Shown in pieces: positions 24,547-37,519 of a DNA stretch of 52,136 bases. The notes under the pieces were generated by a model. It did not search any database and was not told where the DNA came from. It saw only the letters and a program-made list of their open reading frames with translations. A program made the position numbers and the translations under genes. Source of the DNA: Fonticula-like sp. SCN 57-25 (lineage: Eukaryota); contig MEDX01000013.1 of assembly GCA_001724245.1 (NCBI GenBank), positions 1 to 52,136 on the forward strand. The letters are read 5' to 3'. Each line of letters starts with the position of its first letter. Positions within the stretch are counted from its first letter, which is position 1.

Positions 24547-26969
24547 CTAGTACTCGCCGCGCGACCCCTTGCCGTAGCCAAATGAGCGCCTCGCGCCGGC
24601 CGAGTTTGGCCCGTGATTGGGCGACCCGGCACCGAGCGCGGCCGCCTCTTCCGGCGAGAGCTCCACAAACTACAATTATGTCAGCAAAAATGTATTAAAT
24701 CACCTGCCGCTGCGTACGCGTCCCGTCGGCTTTTCAAAGCGGTACGGCACCGTCCCGAGCTCGCCGTCAAACCTGTTTTTCTTGACGTCGAGGTACCTGT
24801 AGTGCTTCCCCTTTTGCAGGATGATGACGTTGTCCGCCTCCTGCGTCGCCTTTGCCGTTCCCAGCACCGAGCTTGTCATGAGCGGCGCGTCGTCGTCCTC
24901 CTTCCTCGGGTGGATGACGATGGTGATGTGCACATTTTTCTCGCTGGCAAAGCCACGGAAGAGCTCGATGGCGCGGTCCTGCACCTCAAAGCGCTCAAAC
25001 CCGCGCCCCTGCCCGCTCGTCATGAACTGCAGGTTGTCGAGGATGATGTGCTCGACGTCGTTGACGTACACGGCGTGCTCCATGGCGTCGAGCGCGAGCT
25101 CAACTTTGGTGCTGCCAAAGAACTTTAAAAAGTACATCGGGAGCTGCTCGAAGCGGTCCGCCCACTCGTGGAACTCGTTCATGTCGGCGGCAAAGTCCTT
25201 GCCGGCAAACTGGCCAAGCATCTTTTTCGCCAGCCGCGTGTTCTTGATCTCAAACGAGCCCCACAGGGTAGGCACGCCCTGCATGCAATAGTCAATTGAG
25301 AGCTGGCTCAGGAAGGACGTCTTGCCAGAGCCGGTCGGGCCGGTCACGATGGACAGCTCGCCGCGGCGAAGGCCCTTGATGATGCCGGTCAGGCGGGGGA
25401 GCGTCGCCGAGGGGACGCCCATGGCCTGCGAGGGCTCGGCAAGCTCATTGTGGATGGCAGAGCGAAGCGAGGAGAACTGCTGGATCTGCTGGTGAGGGAG
25501 GCGGATAGCGTTCTGAAGCATAAGCTTGAGGTCCATCTTGTGAAGAAGCGCCTGGTGTGCGGTCTAAAAATGTGTCAGCGAGGGAGGAATTGGGGTAACA
25601 AGAGGGAAAAATGACGGAAAAATGGGCTAAAACACCCTAACTAGATCGAGAATCCAACAAATGCCACATACTGTTACACTTAACCGCATCAAATCCAAAC
25701 ACAACGTCCACAACAAGTACCTTGATGTTGTCCGCCGGCGGAACGACGATAAAGCACCGATCCCTCCCCAACTTTCTCGCAAACTTGTCGACGGCATCCT
25801 GCCCAGCAACATCGTTGCTAAACCACAACACGACCTTGCCAAACCTCTCGAGCGGCGGCAGCGCCGAGATTGGCAGTGTCGAGTGACCCGACGGGAGCGC
25901 GACCGCCGGCAGCCCAGTAGCCTGCCGCACGGCCATGGCGTCCCATTCGGACGCCGTCAGCACGACCTGCGATGAGCCCGCGACCGCCGCGTCGCGCAGC
26001 GTGTGTAGCCCAAACAGCGCCGCCTCGCCGGGGTAGTTGTCGACTTTGGCAAGCGCGTCGTTCTGCGTCGACACGTGGCGCACGCGAGAGACAGAGTCGT
26101 CGTTGCCGCCAAGCGACTGGAAGGGGAAGCTCGCGCAGAGGTGCTCGCGCTTGGCGCCAGTGCGCGCATCGGCGAAAACTTGCTTCGAAGCGCCCACATG
26201 GTAGAGGGAAAGTGTCGCGCTGTCGATGCCGCGCGTCGTCGTGCACCAGTCGTAGACGGCCTTGCCGCCGCTGCCGGTCAGCGCTGCGCGGGCGTCAGAA
26301 GAGGAAAATAGTTAAAAACGGTACGCACAGGCGCTCAGCTGCGCGTGCGTCGGGCGCTGCAGCGTCGCGGACGGGGACGTCGAGGCGGCCGACGCGCCGG
26401 GACGCGTCGCTGTGGAAAAGCCCTGGACGGCGCGCTTAAAGTCGAACCAGGATCCCTTGCTGCGGCAGCAGTCGCACGTGTACTGTCCGTGCCTGCGGCG
26501 ATAAAGTACGTCAGTAAAAAGAAAAGGGAAAGGAATAGAAAGGTGCGCACGATCTGTCGACGCGAAGCTGCCAATTTGACGATTTCTATTGGGAAAAGCG
26601 TTGGCATCATCAACAAAACAAGCATGGGCGTACGCCTGATGTGCGGCAGATCGGGCAAGTCCTAATCTCGACGAGATCGTCCTTCATGCGGTGTTCGAGA
26701 TTAACACGGTTGAGGAACGACGGGATCTCGTCGGGCTGCAGCTGAAAGTGGCTCGAAACAAAGACGCTCGCAGGTTGTGTGCTGTGGTGGGCGGCCACCA
26801 GCGGCCGGATCAGGCCGGGGCGCATCGCCGCGACCGCGACCCTTCTACGAACGCCGCGCTATATTAGCACATACAGCGGCACATAAAAGGGAAATAAGAG
26901 GAAAATAGAGGAAAAAAGAGCTAGAAGAGCGCGAAAGAGAAACGCGTACCTCGCTGTCGATGTCCACAT
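24547..26969 (-). CDS. TWNK: Twinkle mitochondrial DNA helicase (T7 gp4-like)
   Basis: SF4 helicase motifs GLRRGELSIVTGPTGSGKTS, LWGSFEI, IILDNLQFM, VIHPRK and GTAKATQEADNV. TOPRIM-like region, N-terminal CPIC...CDCC and a presequence MWTSTARRVAV. Introns 26845-26949, 26568-26633, 26493-26550, 26284-26328, 25564-25720 and 24670-24717. Confidence 0.93.
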
Positions 26970-27056
26970 CACCTACCGAGCGTGCGCGCCAAATCCAATT
27001 GATCAATCACGTGTCGTTGCCGCGCTTGACAAAGCAAAGCATCAGCGTCGTAAGAA

Positions 27057-27390
27057 ATGGACGCGGCAACCGCAGCAGGTGCGTCCCGTCGCCCCTCTTT
27101 CTCTATATCCTTTCTTTTTATACTGCTCTTCGTGTGGCTGACCTCTTGTGCCTGTGTAGCTTCGCCCGTGTCGGCGGCATCGGCATGCGACCATGAGCCG
27201 CTCAAGGCCTGCCTCGCGCGCAACAACAATGACCAGACAAAGTGCCAGGTCGAGTGGAACGAGTTCCGCGAGGCGTGCCGCCGTCGACAGTGCGTTTGAC
27301 TCTCTCTTTTGTGTTGTGCTTGCGCTGTCGGCTAACAGCAGGCGGTTCGACAGGGAGGCGCAGTCCAAGGAGTGCTCCACGTGTCAGTAA
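27057..27390 (+). CDS. Small cysteine alpha-hairpin (CHCH-like) protein, about 67 aa
   Basis: Introns 27079-27159 and 27290-27341. Sequence CDHEPLKACLARNNNDQTKCQVEWNEFREAC (Cx7C...Cx10C) plus a terminal CSTC. Confidence 0.7.
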
Positions 27391-27523
27391 TGTCTGCCTT
27401 TTGCTTGTAAATATCTGTAGAATTGGCGACTTTTCGCTATTGTATAACGCAAGGAATTAAACACGAATGGTATTACTGGTATTGACCATGTACAATTGAA
27501 ACAGCTGGGAACACTAAGGAAAA

Positions 27524-28552
27524 CTAGGCGGACACGGTCGAGATCACGACGCTGTCGTTCTCGGTGCCATTGACGGGGACGATCTCGGACGGGAGCTTTT
27601 CGCCGTTGACGTACACGGCGCTGTGCTTGAGGCTCAGGTTGCCCGCGAGGAGCACGGCGCCGTTGTTCTTTGACCACACGCGGTGCACCTCCTCACCAAT
27701 GTTGGCATCCATCTAGGGGAAGAGAGGTAAGCGTCAGGGAAATTAAAAAGAAAAGCGACAAAAGGCCCCAAAACGACATAACAACACACTAAACAACACG
27801 AATCCCAACAAACGTACGGCGACACTGTAGGTAAAGTGGCGGACGCCGTCCTCGACGAGGTCCTTGGCGGGCGACGGCCACATGATGTCAAAGCACATAA
27901 AGATGCCAAACTGGACACCGAACGACGTCGTGTACTTGATAAGCGGCTGGTCGACCGGCTCGTCAATGGCGGCCTTGAGCGGGTACCACTCGTGCGTCTT
28001 GTAGTAGCGCGCGATCACGCTGCCGTCGTCGCTCAGCACAAGCTCGGTGTTGTACTGGTAGCGGCCGTCCGCGGGGCAGTGCTCATCCGTCGTGCGGTCA
28101 CAGTACTTGAGGTCATACAGCTCGAAAGCCACGGTGATGTTGTTGGCGCGCGCGAAGCACGACATGTTGGCGCTGATCGGGAACAGGTGCGAGTCGGCGC
28201 GGTCGCACGGGATCACGTCCGACTATTAACGATGGTGAGAAACAGGATCAAAATAGCAATAAATGCGCACGTCACCGACGCCGGGAACATCTTCGGTGTA
28301 CGGGAAAAGCGTGTCGCGCGAGGTAAAGTCGCCGCCGAGGCCAAACTCGGGCAGCACGAGGATGTCGGCGCCCGCGGCGGCGGCCGTCTCGACATGAAGC
28401 TTGTACATTGCGAGGTTGGCATCAAGAGTGTCCTGCGCCGTCGAGCGCTCAACCGCAACGTGGTGGCTCACGGCGGCGACATAGCCGCGCACCTGGCTGG
28501 CGCACAGCAAGAGCAGAGCGGCCCCAAGCGCAAGGGAAACCGGCCTGGCCAT
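27524..28552 (-). CDS. Secreted vanin/biotinidase-like carbon-nitrogen hydrolase
   Basis: Signal peptide. Nitrilase-fold triad VLPEFG (E), ARYYKTH (K), FMCFDI (C), plus DGRYQYNT. Introns 28223-28270 and 27713-27817. Confidence 0.88.
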
Positions 28553-28703
28553 AATGATCCCCGAGCAAAACTGGCAAAACTGAAGAGCGGATGCGGAGAA
28601 GAGGTCCCCTAATCCGCCCCTGATTCAAGGGCAGAGTCCACTCCACAATCACTTAAGTGAATCCGCCCCCGATTTTCCTATTTGGTATCAGGTGGTTTCG
28701 GTA

Positions 28704-28713
28704 GTCACGTGAC
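28704..28713. promoter_or_regulatory. Palindromic E-box GTCACGTGAC in a divergent promoter
   Basis: Perfect 10-bp palindrome between the vanin-like and RNF121-like starts. Confidence 0.5.
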
Positions 28714-28903
28714 AATCGATTCGTCTGGCAGCGTCAGGGCCGAAAAGCAGCTGATTCGCCCGAGCCCTCCGACGTGCCCATAGATTTGGGTCGCTCCCTT
28801 TGGTTTCGCGGCGGTTTTGTCGCTGTTTCTGCCCCGGTTTCTTGTTCCCGGGGCACCTATACCTAGTTTGGCTGGCTACGCGCCCCACTCGGGTATCCCC
28901 AGC

Positions 28904-30357
<1,454 letters not shown>

Positions 30358-30783
30358 CAACCGCGCCGCCATTCTCGTTTGTATACAGTGTCGTAACTTA
30401 TTTTGTATTGAGCCATTTTTGTACTCGAGCAACGCCGGCCGCGATGTGCTCTATATGTGTCATGTTTGTATATATTTCTATACTATATAATGTTACATCT
30501 ATACATTTTATTATATGCTCGCGAAACGCATGGTACTGGTCTGTGATCGTCCGACTGTGTGGGCTCGGAACTCATCCGAGCGGCATGGTCTGTGGTTCGG
30601 ATCATATTCGTCGTGAATGCCGCATCAGAGAAAAGTATTTGTTTTATAGCCATCAAACACGGGAATATTCTCTGACAGCGATCGATCATGCCTTACTATC
30701 TGCACTTTGGGCATCGATATTGCCACGCCTTCATCCCTCCTCCCCTGTCAGCGTTTCTGATCGCCACCGATCTGGCACCGATA

Positions 30784-30825
30784 TGACGTCACTTATCACC
30801 AAATGACGTCACCTTGCTTACGTCA
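30784..30825. promoter_or_regulatory. Cluster of CRE-like sites upstream of the bHLH gene
   Basis: TGACGTCA at 30784 and 30804, TTACGTCA at 30818. Confidence 0.55.
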
Positions 30826-30947
30826 TCGGCGGATTCCGAAAAAAACGTGACACGCGGAACATGTGATCCAACGCGCATTCATCTTTTTCCCCGTGACAGG
30901 CAGTTGGGCGCCCCTCTGCCAAACGGCTTTTGGCGCGCAATCAGATC

Positions 30948-31651
30948 ATGTCGATCAAGAACGATAAGAGTACGCCGCAGCGATCCACTTTGACGGCGCT
31001 AGCCACGCGTACTTGTCATATGTTTTCTTACTTACATCTTGTGTTGTGCAACTAGGCACCGCGGGTATGGCTGTCATGAGCGCTCCGCCGCCTTCGCTTC
31101 CCGGCGCGGATGCCGCTGCGCATCACCATGCGGCGGTCATGGGCATCGCACGTGACCTTGTTGGGGCATCGGCGGGCGGCCAGCCCGAGAGCCTCGAGGC
31201 TGCGCTTGCGGCCGTGCTTGCGGGCGGTGCGCCCGGGATGGCGCGCCGCACGAGCCAGGACCCCGGCTCTGAGGATGATGACAAGCGTGCCCAAAAGTAC
31301 AGCGAGGAGGACAAGGAGCGGTGGATCTTGAAGAGGCGCCAGAACCACAAGGAGGTCGAGCGCCGCCGCCGTGACAATATCAACACGGGTATCCAGGAGC
31401 TTGCCACGCTCGTACCAGAGTGCGACAAGAACAAGGGCAGCATCCTGCACAAATCGGCCGACTACATCAAGTACCTCCAAAAGACCAACCTGATCACGAT
31501 CGAAAAGTGGCGCGAGGAGAAGAAGGACGTCGAGGACAAGCTCAAGCTCCTCAACGACCGCATCGACGAGCTCAAGCGCGAGAACGACCAGCTCAGGGAG
31601 ATGCTCGCCGGAACAGAGTCGACCAAGAGACGGCGCACCGACGACGCCTAG
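30948..31651 (+). CDS. bHLH-leucine zipper transcription factor, Cbf1/USF-like
   Basis: [48 protein letters not shown] followed by a heptad zipper. First exon 30948-30969, intron 30970-31055. Confidence 0.88.
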
Positions 31652-32068
31652 ATGCGTCATCGTGCCCGGCATCTCTTCGGGGCTCGGTCTGTGTTGTATT
31701 CATGTTTAGTGTCGCGCATGCGCATCGTGCTTTGCTCATTTCTCTTTTGATTTCATTTTTCCCCTGTTGTAGCTTTCGTTGAATGTACAGTTGCGTCGTT
31801 ACCCGCCCAAATGCTATATCATTTTGCACCAACAAGCCGAAATCAAAAGGGAAAATACGCACAACTATATCAAAAAGTATCACAATGATGTCTGGACGCA
31901 AACTGTATGGGTGTGTATATTCAACAAACAACTGTACAAGCGTGGTGCACCAAAAAGCGCACAAAACGCCACCAAAAGCGACGCGGAAAGCGCGCCAGTT
32001 TGCCCAGCGTCGGCAGTAACGACCACGGGCAGCATAACAGAAAGACTTTCAAACATGCGTAATATAAT

Positions 32069-32963
32069 TCACCACTCGAACTGCGCCTGATCTTGCGCCG
32101 CCCTCTGCCGCTTCCACTGCTCGGCGCCTCCCCACTCGTCCTCCTCGTCGGTCGGCCGGCCGCGCTTCCCGACGCTGCTACCGCCGCGCAGCGCATGGTC
32201 AACGCCAATGGTCTGCAACGGCCGCCGCCGGCTGGGCGACGACCGAGGCGGCGATGCCGATGTCCTCGTTGGCGACAGCGGATGACGGCTGCGGCCGGTC
32301 CCATTGCACGATTGCGATGGCGCAAGCGAATCCACTGAGAAAAATGCAAAAGCATTGTTAAAAATTGGAACTACGTGAAATGAAGCAAAAAAAGCGCGTA
32401 CGGTAAGTCGCGAGCCGCATGAAGACGGGCGTGCCGCGCTTGGTCGGCCGACCCTGCCGCCACCGATGCTCCGCGTGCAGGTACGTGTACGACTCTGCGG
32501 CACCGGAACAGCGTTAGAAACAACAACAAAAGGCAAACACGAATATTGGAAGAAGGGGGGAAGAGTGGGAACGTACCGCCTTCCGCCGCGGCGATCAGCT
32601 CGACGCTGTTGTGATGAAGGGCTAGCCGCGCCTGCATCACGTCTTCGAATATAACATTGCCTATCAAAAAGGTTAGAAACGCGTAAAATAGAAGAAGAAA
32701 AGCCCAAAAATGCGTACATGAATTATCTGAAAGCCACTCGATGCGCAGAGGGCAGTCTAGGCCAAAGTACTTGAGAACATCCTTGCTCGCCCAGTGCTGC
32801 ACACCCACGAGGTGGACCGTGTCCTGCCGGCGAGCTACACTCGACGGATAATTCCGTAATAAACCAATTCCGTTCACTATTAACAGCCAATTTCAAAAAA
32901 CAACCACACGTTAGCAATGCGCCCTATTGAAGAGTCGAGCGAGCGGCCGCGCGCACCCTCCAT
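32069..32963 (-). CDS. NCBP3: Nuclear cap-binding protein subunit 3-like (RRM-like domain)
   Basis: DTVHLVGV....SKDVLKYF...PLRIEWLSDNSCNVIF..ARLAL and FMRLAT.D. Introns 32661-32717, 32495-32576 and 32335-32401. The 5' intron starts at 32956 but its acceptor is uncertain. Confidence 0.75.
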
Positions 32964-33140
32964 CCCCACCGACGGCCGGCCGTGGAACGCTCGGCTACCA
33001 GGGTCACGTGATGTGTCGGTTCGAACCCGACGAAGGTGGTCGTTGTCCACCCCCGATTCAGAGGTGAATCGCCCTCGACTCTACCCCGGATTCCCTCTCC
33101 CCCCTGTCTCCACAACCCCAACGCAGCGCGCGCGCACAGC

Positions 33141-34795
33141 ATGGCGGCCGAGCTTGGCATGCAACTCAGCAGCTGGGTCTCCCGGTACCTCTCCTGGGAG
33201 GAGGATCTGGGCCGCCCGCTTCTTCTCCCTCTTGCCCCCATTGATGCTATCGTGAATGATGTGTCGGCGAGCACTGGCCTCCCCTCTGATCAGATCAAGA
33301 TCATCCTGTGCTTTGTGGTGACGCTGGCCGTGGGCCCTCTCTTCCGCAGCGTCCCGCGTGGTCCGCCCCGCCACATTGCGAGCCTCCTCGTTGGCCTCTT
33401 CTTTGCTCAGTTTACGCTCGGCGCCGCGTGGATCCACTCTGTCGTCTCGTCGGCGATCTGCTATGCGCTGATCGTCGCTGCCCCCACGCGGCCGATGCCG
33501 CTGCTCGTCTTCATCGTCGCGCTCTTCTTCATGACCGTCGCGCACATCCACCGCATGGCCAACCCCGACTCTGCCGTCGACTACTCGTCCTCACAGATGA
33601 TCCTGACGATGCGCCTTACCTCTGCCGCCTTTGAGGTTGCCGATGGCCGCCGCATCACCCGCGAACGCGCGCGCGCCGCCGCCGGCGAAACCCCCAAGCC
33701 CGTTTCTGCCGGCCGCGCCCGCATTGAGGCCGACCAGGCCCGCCACGCTCTGTACTCGACGCCCGACCCTTTGACCTTCTTTTCCTTTATCATGTTCTTT
33801 GGCAGCGCGCTCGTCGGCCCGCCGTTTGACCTGCACGAGTACACCGCCGCCACTGGCCGCAACGCTGCCCCTCGCCCGAGCCCCGGCGCGCGCCCGTACA
33901 TCAAGGCGCTTCTCTCCCTGTCGTTCCTCGTGCTCTACCTCGTGCTGCGCGAGGCCTTCCCGTCGTCGCGCTGGCTCACGGAGGAGTTTGCTTCTGCGCC
34001 CATTGCTGCGCAGATTGGCTTTTCGTGGCTGATCCTGCTCGGCGAGCGCATGAAGTACTATTTCATCTGGAAGATCACCGAGGCCGGCTGCAACGCCTGC
34101 GGCTTTGGCTACACGCGCGACGAGGCCGGCCGCGAGGGCTGGGAAGGCGTGCGCAACATTAGCGTGCGCGGGTTTGAGCTCGCGCAGAACCTCGGCGAGG
34201 CGAGCAAGGAGTGGAACTCGCTCACGGGCGCGTGGCTGCGGACGTGCGTTTATGAGCGCGTACCAAAGGCGACGCAAATGTTTGCGATCTACTTTGTGTC
34301 GGCGTTCTGGCACGGGTTCTACCCGGGGTACTACCTGTTCTTCATGTCGACGGGCCTCGCGCAGCATGTCGGCAAGCTCGTCCGCCAAAAGTGCGTTGGA
34401 GTTGAAGGGGAGATGATGGGGGTATATGCGATGTTGGATGTAATTTTGTAGCATTTTGGTGCATTTTATGCGTGCAGCTTTTAATTTTGCGTGTGTTTCC
34501 TTTGTTTCGTTCGTGTCTTCATCTTGCTGACATTTCTCGCAGGATTCGCCCGTACTTTATTGGATCGCCGTCGGCCAAGAAGGTGTACGACGTTATCAGC
34601 GTCATCGCCACGGCCGTCACGATCAACTACTTTGCCATCTCGTTCGTCCTGCTCGAGGCCGCGCCCGCCCTGCAGGTGTGGGGCTCCATGAACTACGTCG
34701 TCCACGTGATCGTCGCTGTCATGCTGGTCGTGCTGACCGTCGTGCCGTCGCCGCGCAAGCCGGCCGCCGCCGCGCCCAAGGCAAAGGAGAACTAG
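33141..34795 (+). CDS. MBOAT-family lysophospholipid acyltransferase
   Basis: SSQMILTMRLTS, RMKYYFIW, WN..TGAWLRTCVYER, catalytic SAFWHGFYPGYY. Intron 34391-34542. C-terminal KAKEN (KxKxx ER-retrieval type). Confidence 0.9.
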
Positions 34796-35094
34796 AGCAG
34801 AGCAGTAACAAAAGTCTAGCACAGTAAACAGTTTTGGTGCATAATTACAATCATTAGAATAAAATTGTCCCCCTTTATCGATTCAAATTATGCCTATCAA
34901 ACTGAATATGTCGCATATCTTCATGACGTATATCAAAGCAAAGTCTACTTTTGTGATGGCACCAATCATGTTTACGATGTCTTTCGTCTATTTTTGTCTA
35001 TTGCCGTGCGTCTCACAGCATTAAAAGCACATCTTATCAACCATTTATCATTGCAAATATGTATTGTCTTCTTACAGTGCCGCCTTTCGCGCGC

Positions 35095-36488
35095 CTACTT
35101 TTTCTCCTCCGTCTTCTCCTTCTCCTTCTCCGCCGCCTCGGCCTTTTCCTTCTCCTTCTCCTTGTCGCCCGCCTCCTTCTTCTTCTTCTCGCCGTCCATC
35201 TCCTTCTCGGCGTCCCTGTTTGTGATCTTGTTCTCGATGAGGCTGTGCAGCGACAGGATTGACCGCACGAGCGCCGACAGGTACAGCACGAGCATCTGGT
35301 CGTTTGTCTTGACGGCAAAGGACGCGAGCAGCCCGGGCGAGCTCACGTTGGGCAGCAGGCTGAACGTATCCTGCAGGTGGTAGATGATCTGGTGGTTGAC
35401 GGGCAGCTCGCCCTTGGTGACGCGGTGAAGGTACGAGGCAACGTCGCTGAGGTGCGTGTGGAGGCTGCGAAGGGAGGCGAGCTGCTCGCTCACGCGCGTC
35501 GAAAGTGTGCCGGTGGCTGAAAGAGAGTCAGAAAGGGTGATGAAAAAGAGAATTGATACAGAGAATATGCAAAACAGACACAAACTGACTTCGAATTGCA
35601 TCGCACGGCAGTAAAAATGCACCAAATGTGTCACTGAATGTATCCATGACACTCGCCATGATTCCCGACATCATCCCACCCGACAAGGTGCCATAAAAGT
35701 AACACAAACGCACCGCTGTCCTTGATGTCGCGGAGCAGATGCTCAACACCGACCTCCTCGGCCTCCGCCGCCCTGATCTCGGTGGGGATCTGCGTAAACG
35801 TCTTTGCATTGGCGGTTCCGTCCTGGTCATCATCGTTAGCCACCGCTTACCATCGCTGCCATCCCGCGTACATCGTGCACTTCGTCAATGGCAAAATAGG
35901 CGTCCGTCGGGAGACCGAGCTCCTTGGGCTTGACGTCAATGATCACGAGCACGGGATGCGGCGTGAACCGGCGGACGACCTCGTTGATCTCGAGATCGCT
36001 GCCGCGCAGTTTTGGCCCCGTGTGGTACCAGCCAACAATGCGCTCGCTCGCTGGGGGTCAAAGCAAAAGAAAGAAAAAAAGAACACGCGTAAAAGAAGAG
36101 AGAAAAGCCACGATGGTGAGCTTGGGATAAAGAGGCGCTGGATCCGTACCGTTAACCTTGCGGAACATGTCCCACATGTCGGTGAGGTAGTCATGGTCAA
36201 AGAACCAGATGCCGGGGTTCTTCTCGTCCTCCTCAAAAGGAATAGCAAAGCTGTTTGTCACGTCAATTGTCTTGCCCTTCCATGAGCCAAGGAGGATGCC
36301 GACGACGCGCTTCGACGACAACGACTAGGGCGAGGGAAAGGGGGCATGAGCCAAAGGGCCGGTGAGTTAACGGGGGGGCGTACGCTCGCAAGGCGTGAAA
36401 AGTGGTCAACTGCGCTAAGAAGCACGAGCGGGTGAATCACAACCGACTCGGGCACCGTCGTGCCGGCCAACGTCGCTACAGACGACAT
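35095..36488 (-). CDS. PSMD7: 26S proteasome lid subunit Rpn8
   Basis: [59 protein letters not shown]. Introns 36325-36383, 36051-36149, 35823-35871 and 35517-35713. Confidence 0.96.
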
Positions 36489-36550
36489 CTCCCTCGCGCC
36501 GATGGCAGGATGTTTGGAGATGTACGTTTTCAAAGTGAATCGTCAGGATC

Positions 36551-36574
36551 TGATGACGTCACTGATGACGTCAC
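36551..36574. promoter_or_regulatory. Tandem 12-bp repeat TGATGACGTCAC (two CRE palindromes) upstream of Rpn8
   Basis: Exact duplication at 36551-36562 and 36563-36574, about 65-85 bp upstream of the ATG. Confidence 0.55.
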
Positions 36575-37151
36575 GAAATGTGGTGAACATATTTGTCGCC
36601 GGCTTGTGGCTGTGCGTGCGCGCTGCCAGCTGGTGGCGTGCTAGGGCATAGTAAAAATGGTACATAACGTGGTTTTTGCCTGTTAGAATGATCCTTGTAT
36701 TGAAAAAAGTTTGCAATGGGAAACGGAAAATTGGCGATTTGGAGCATTGGACTAGCATGTATGACCCTTCGCTCGACGCCTACCTTGGCGCCAGTGTGTA
36801 TCATTATGCAACAAGATATGCATGGCGGTGGAGCGTATCACAAAGCAGTGCAGGTGAGCCCATGCTCGTCGCACGTGGTGTGGTCACCTGAGCACACGCT
36901 GGCTCATAGATTGGTTGCCAGTCAAACCAGAACTTGCGTGGGTATCCTTAGTGCCCTCTCAGTCCCCACACCAAATGTGCCCTCATACTACGTGAAACAT
37001 ACAGTAAATAACGTCAAACGATACTCTTTTACATGCCAAAATTTATACAGCACTGGTAGGGAAAGTCGAGCCTTGCTACGCCACGCGCGGCCCATGCGCG
37101 CGATCCCCGCGCCCGAATACGTATACACAGCGCGCCCACTCACCGCCGCCT

Positions 37152-37403
37152 CTATTCCCTCTGCACCTGCTCGGCAGCGCGCTTGGCCTCCTCCTTTGCC
37201 TGCTGCTCCTTAAGCTCGCGCTCCTTTGTCCCGTCCCACTCTGCCAGCTTGGCGTCCACCAGGATCCCCGCGAGCGCCACACCAACACCGGCTGCACCGC
37301 ACGCATTAGCACACAATATAAAGACGTAGACCTCGCGCGTACCCATGCCCAGCTTGAGCCGCTGGCTGCGCGGCAGGTTGAGGTAAGTCTGAAAGATGCC
37401 CAT
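37152..37403 (-). CDS. Small single-pass membrane protein, 66 aa
   Basis: ATG 37403, intron 37292-37342 (GTACGC..CTAAT..GCAG). Sequence MGIFQTYLNLPRSQRLKLGMAGVGVALAGILVD followed by a charged coiled-coil tail. Confidence 0.7.
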   Translation of the reverse strand: MGIFQTYLNLPRSQRLKLGMGTREVYVFILCANACGAAGVGVALAGILVDAKLAEWDGTKERELKEQQAKEEAKRAAEQVQRE

Positions 37404-37519
37404 CCCGATCGCCGCGCGGTAATCGATGAAACGCTGACGCAGCGGTGACGTAATGGTATTGAAACTTGGGCGCGGAGCATCACAAAACACCCGCGACAGA
37501 CAGACACCGCGCAGGGCCG

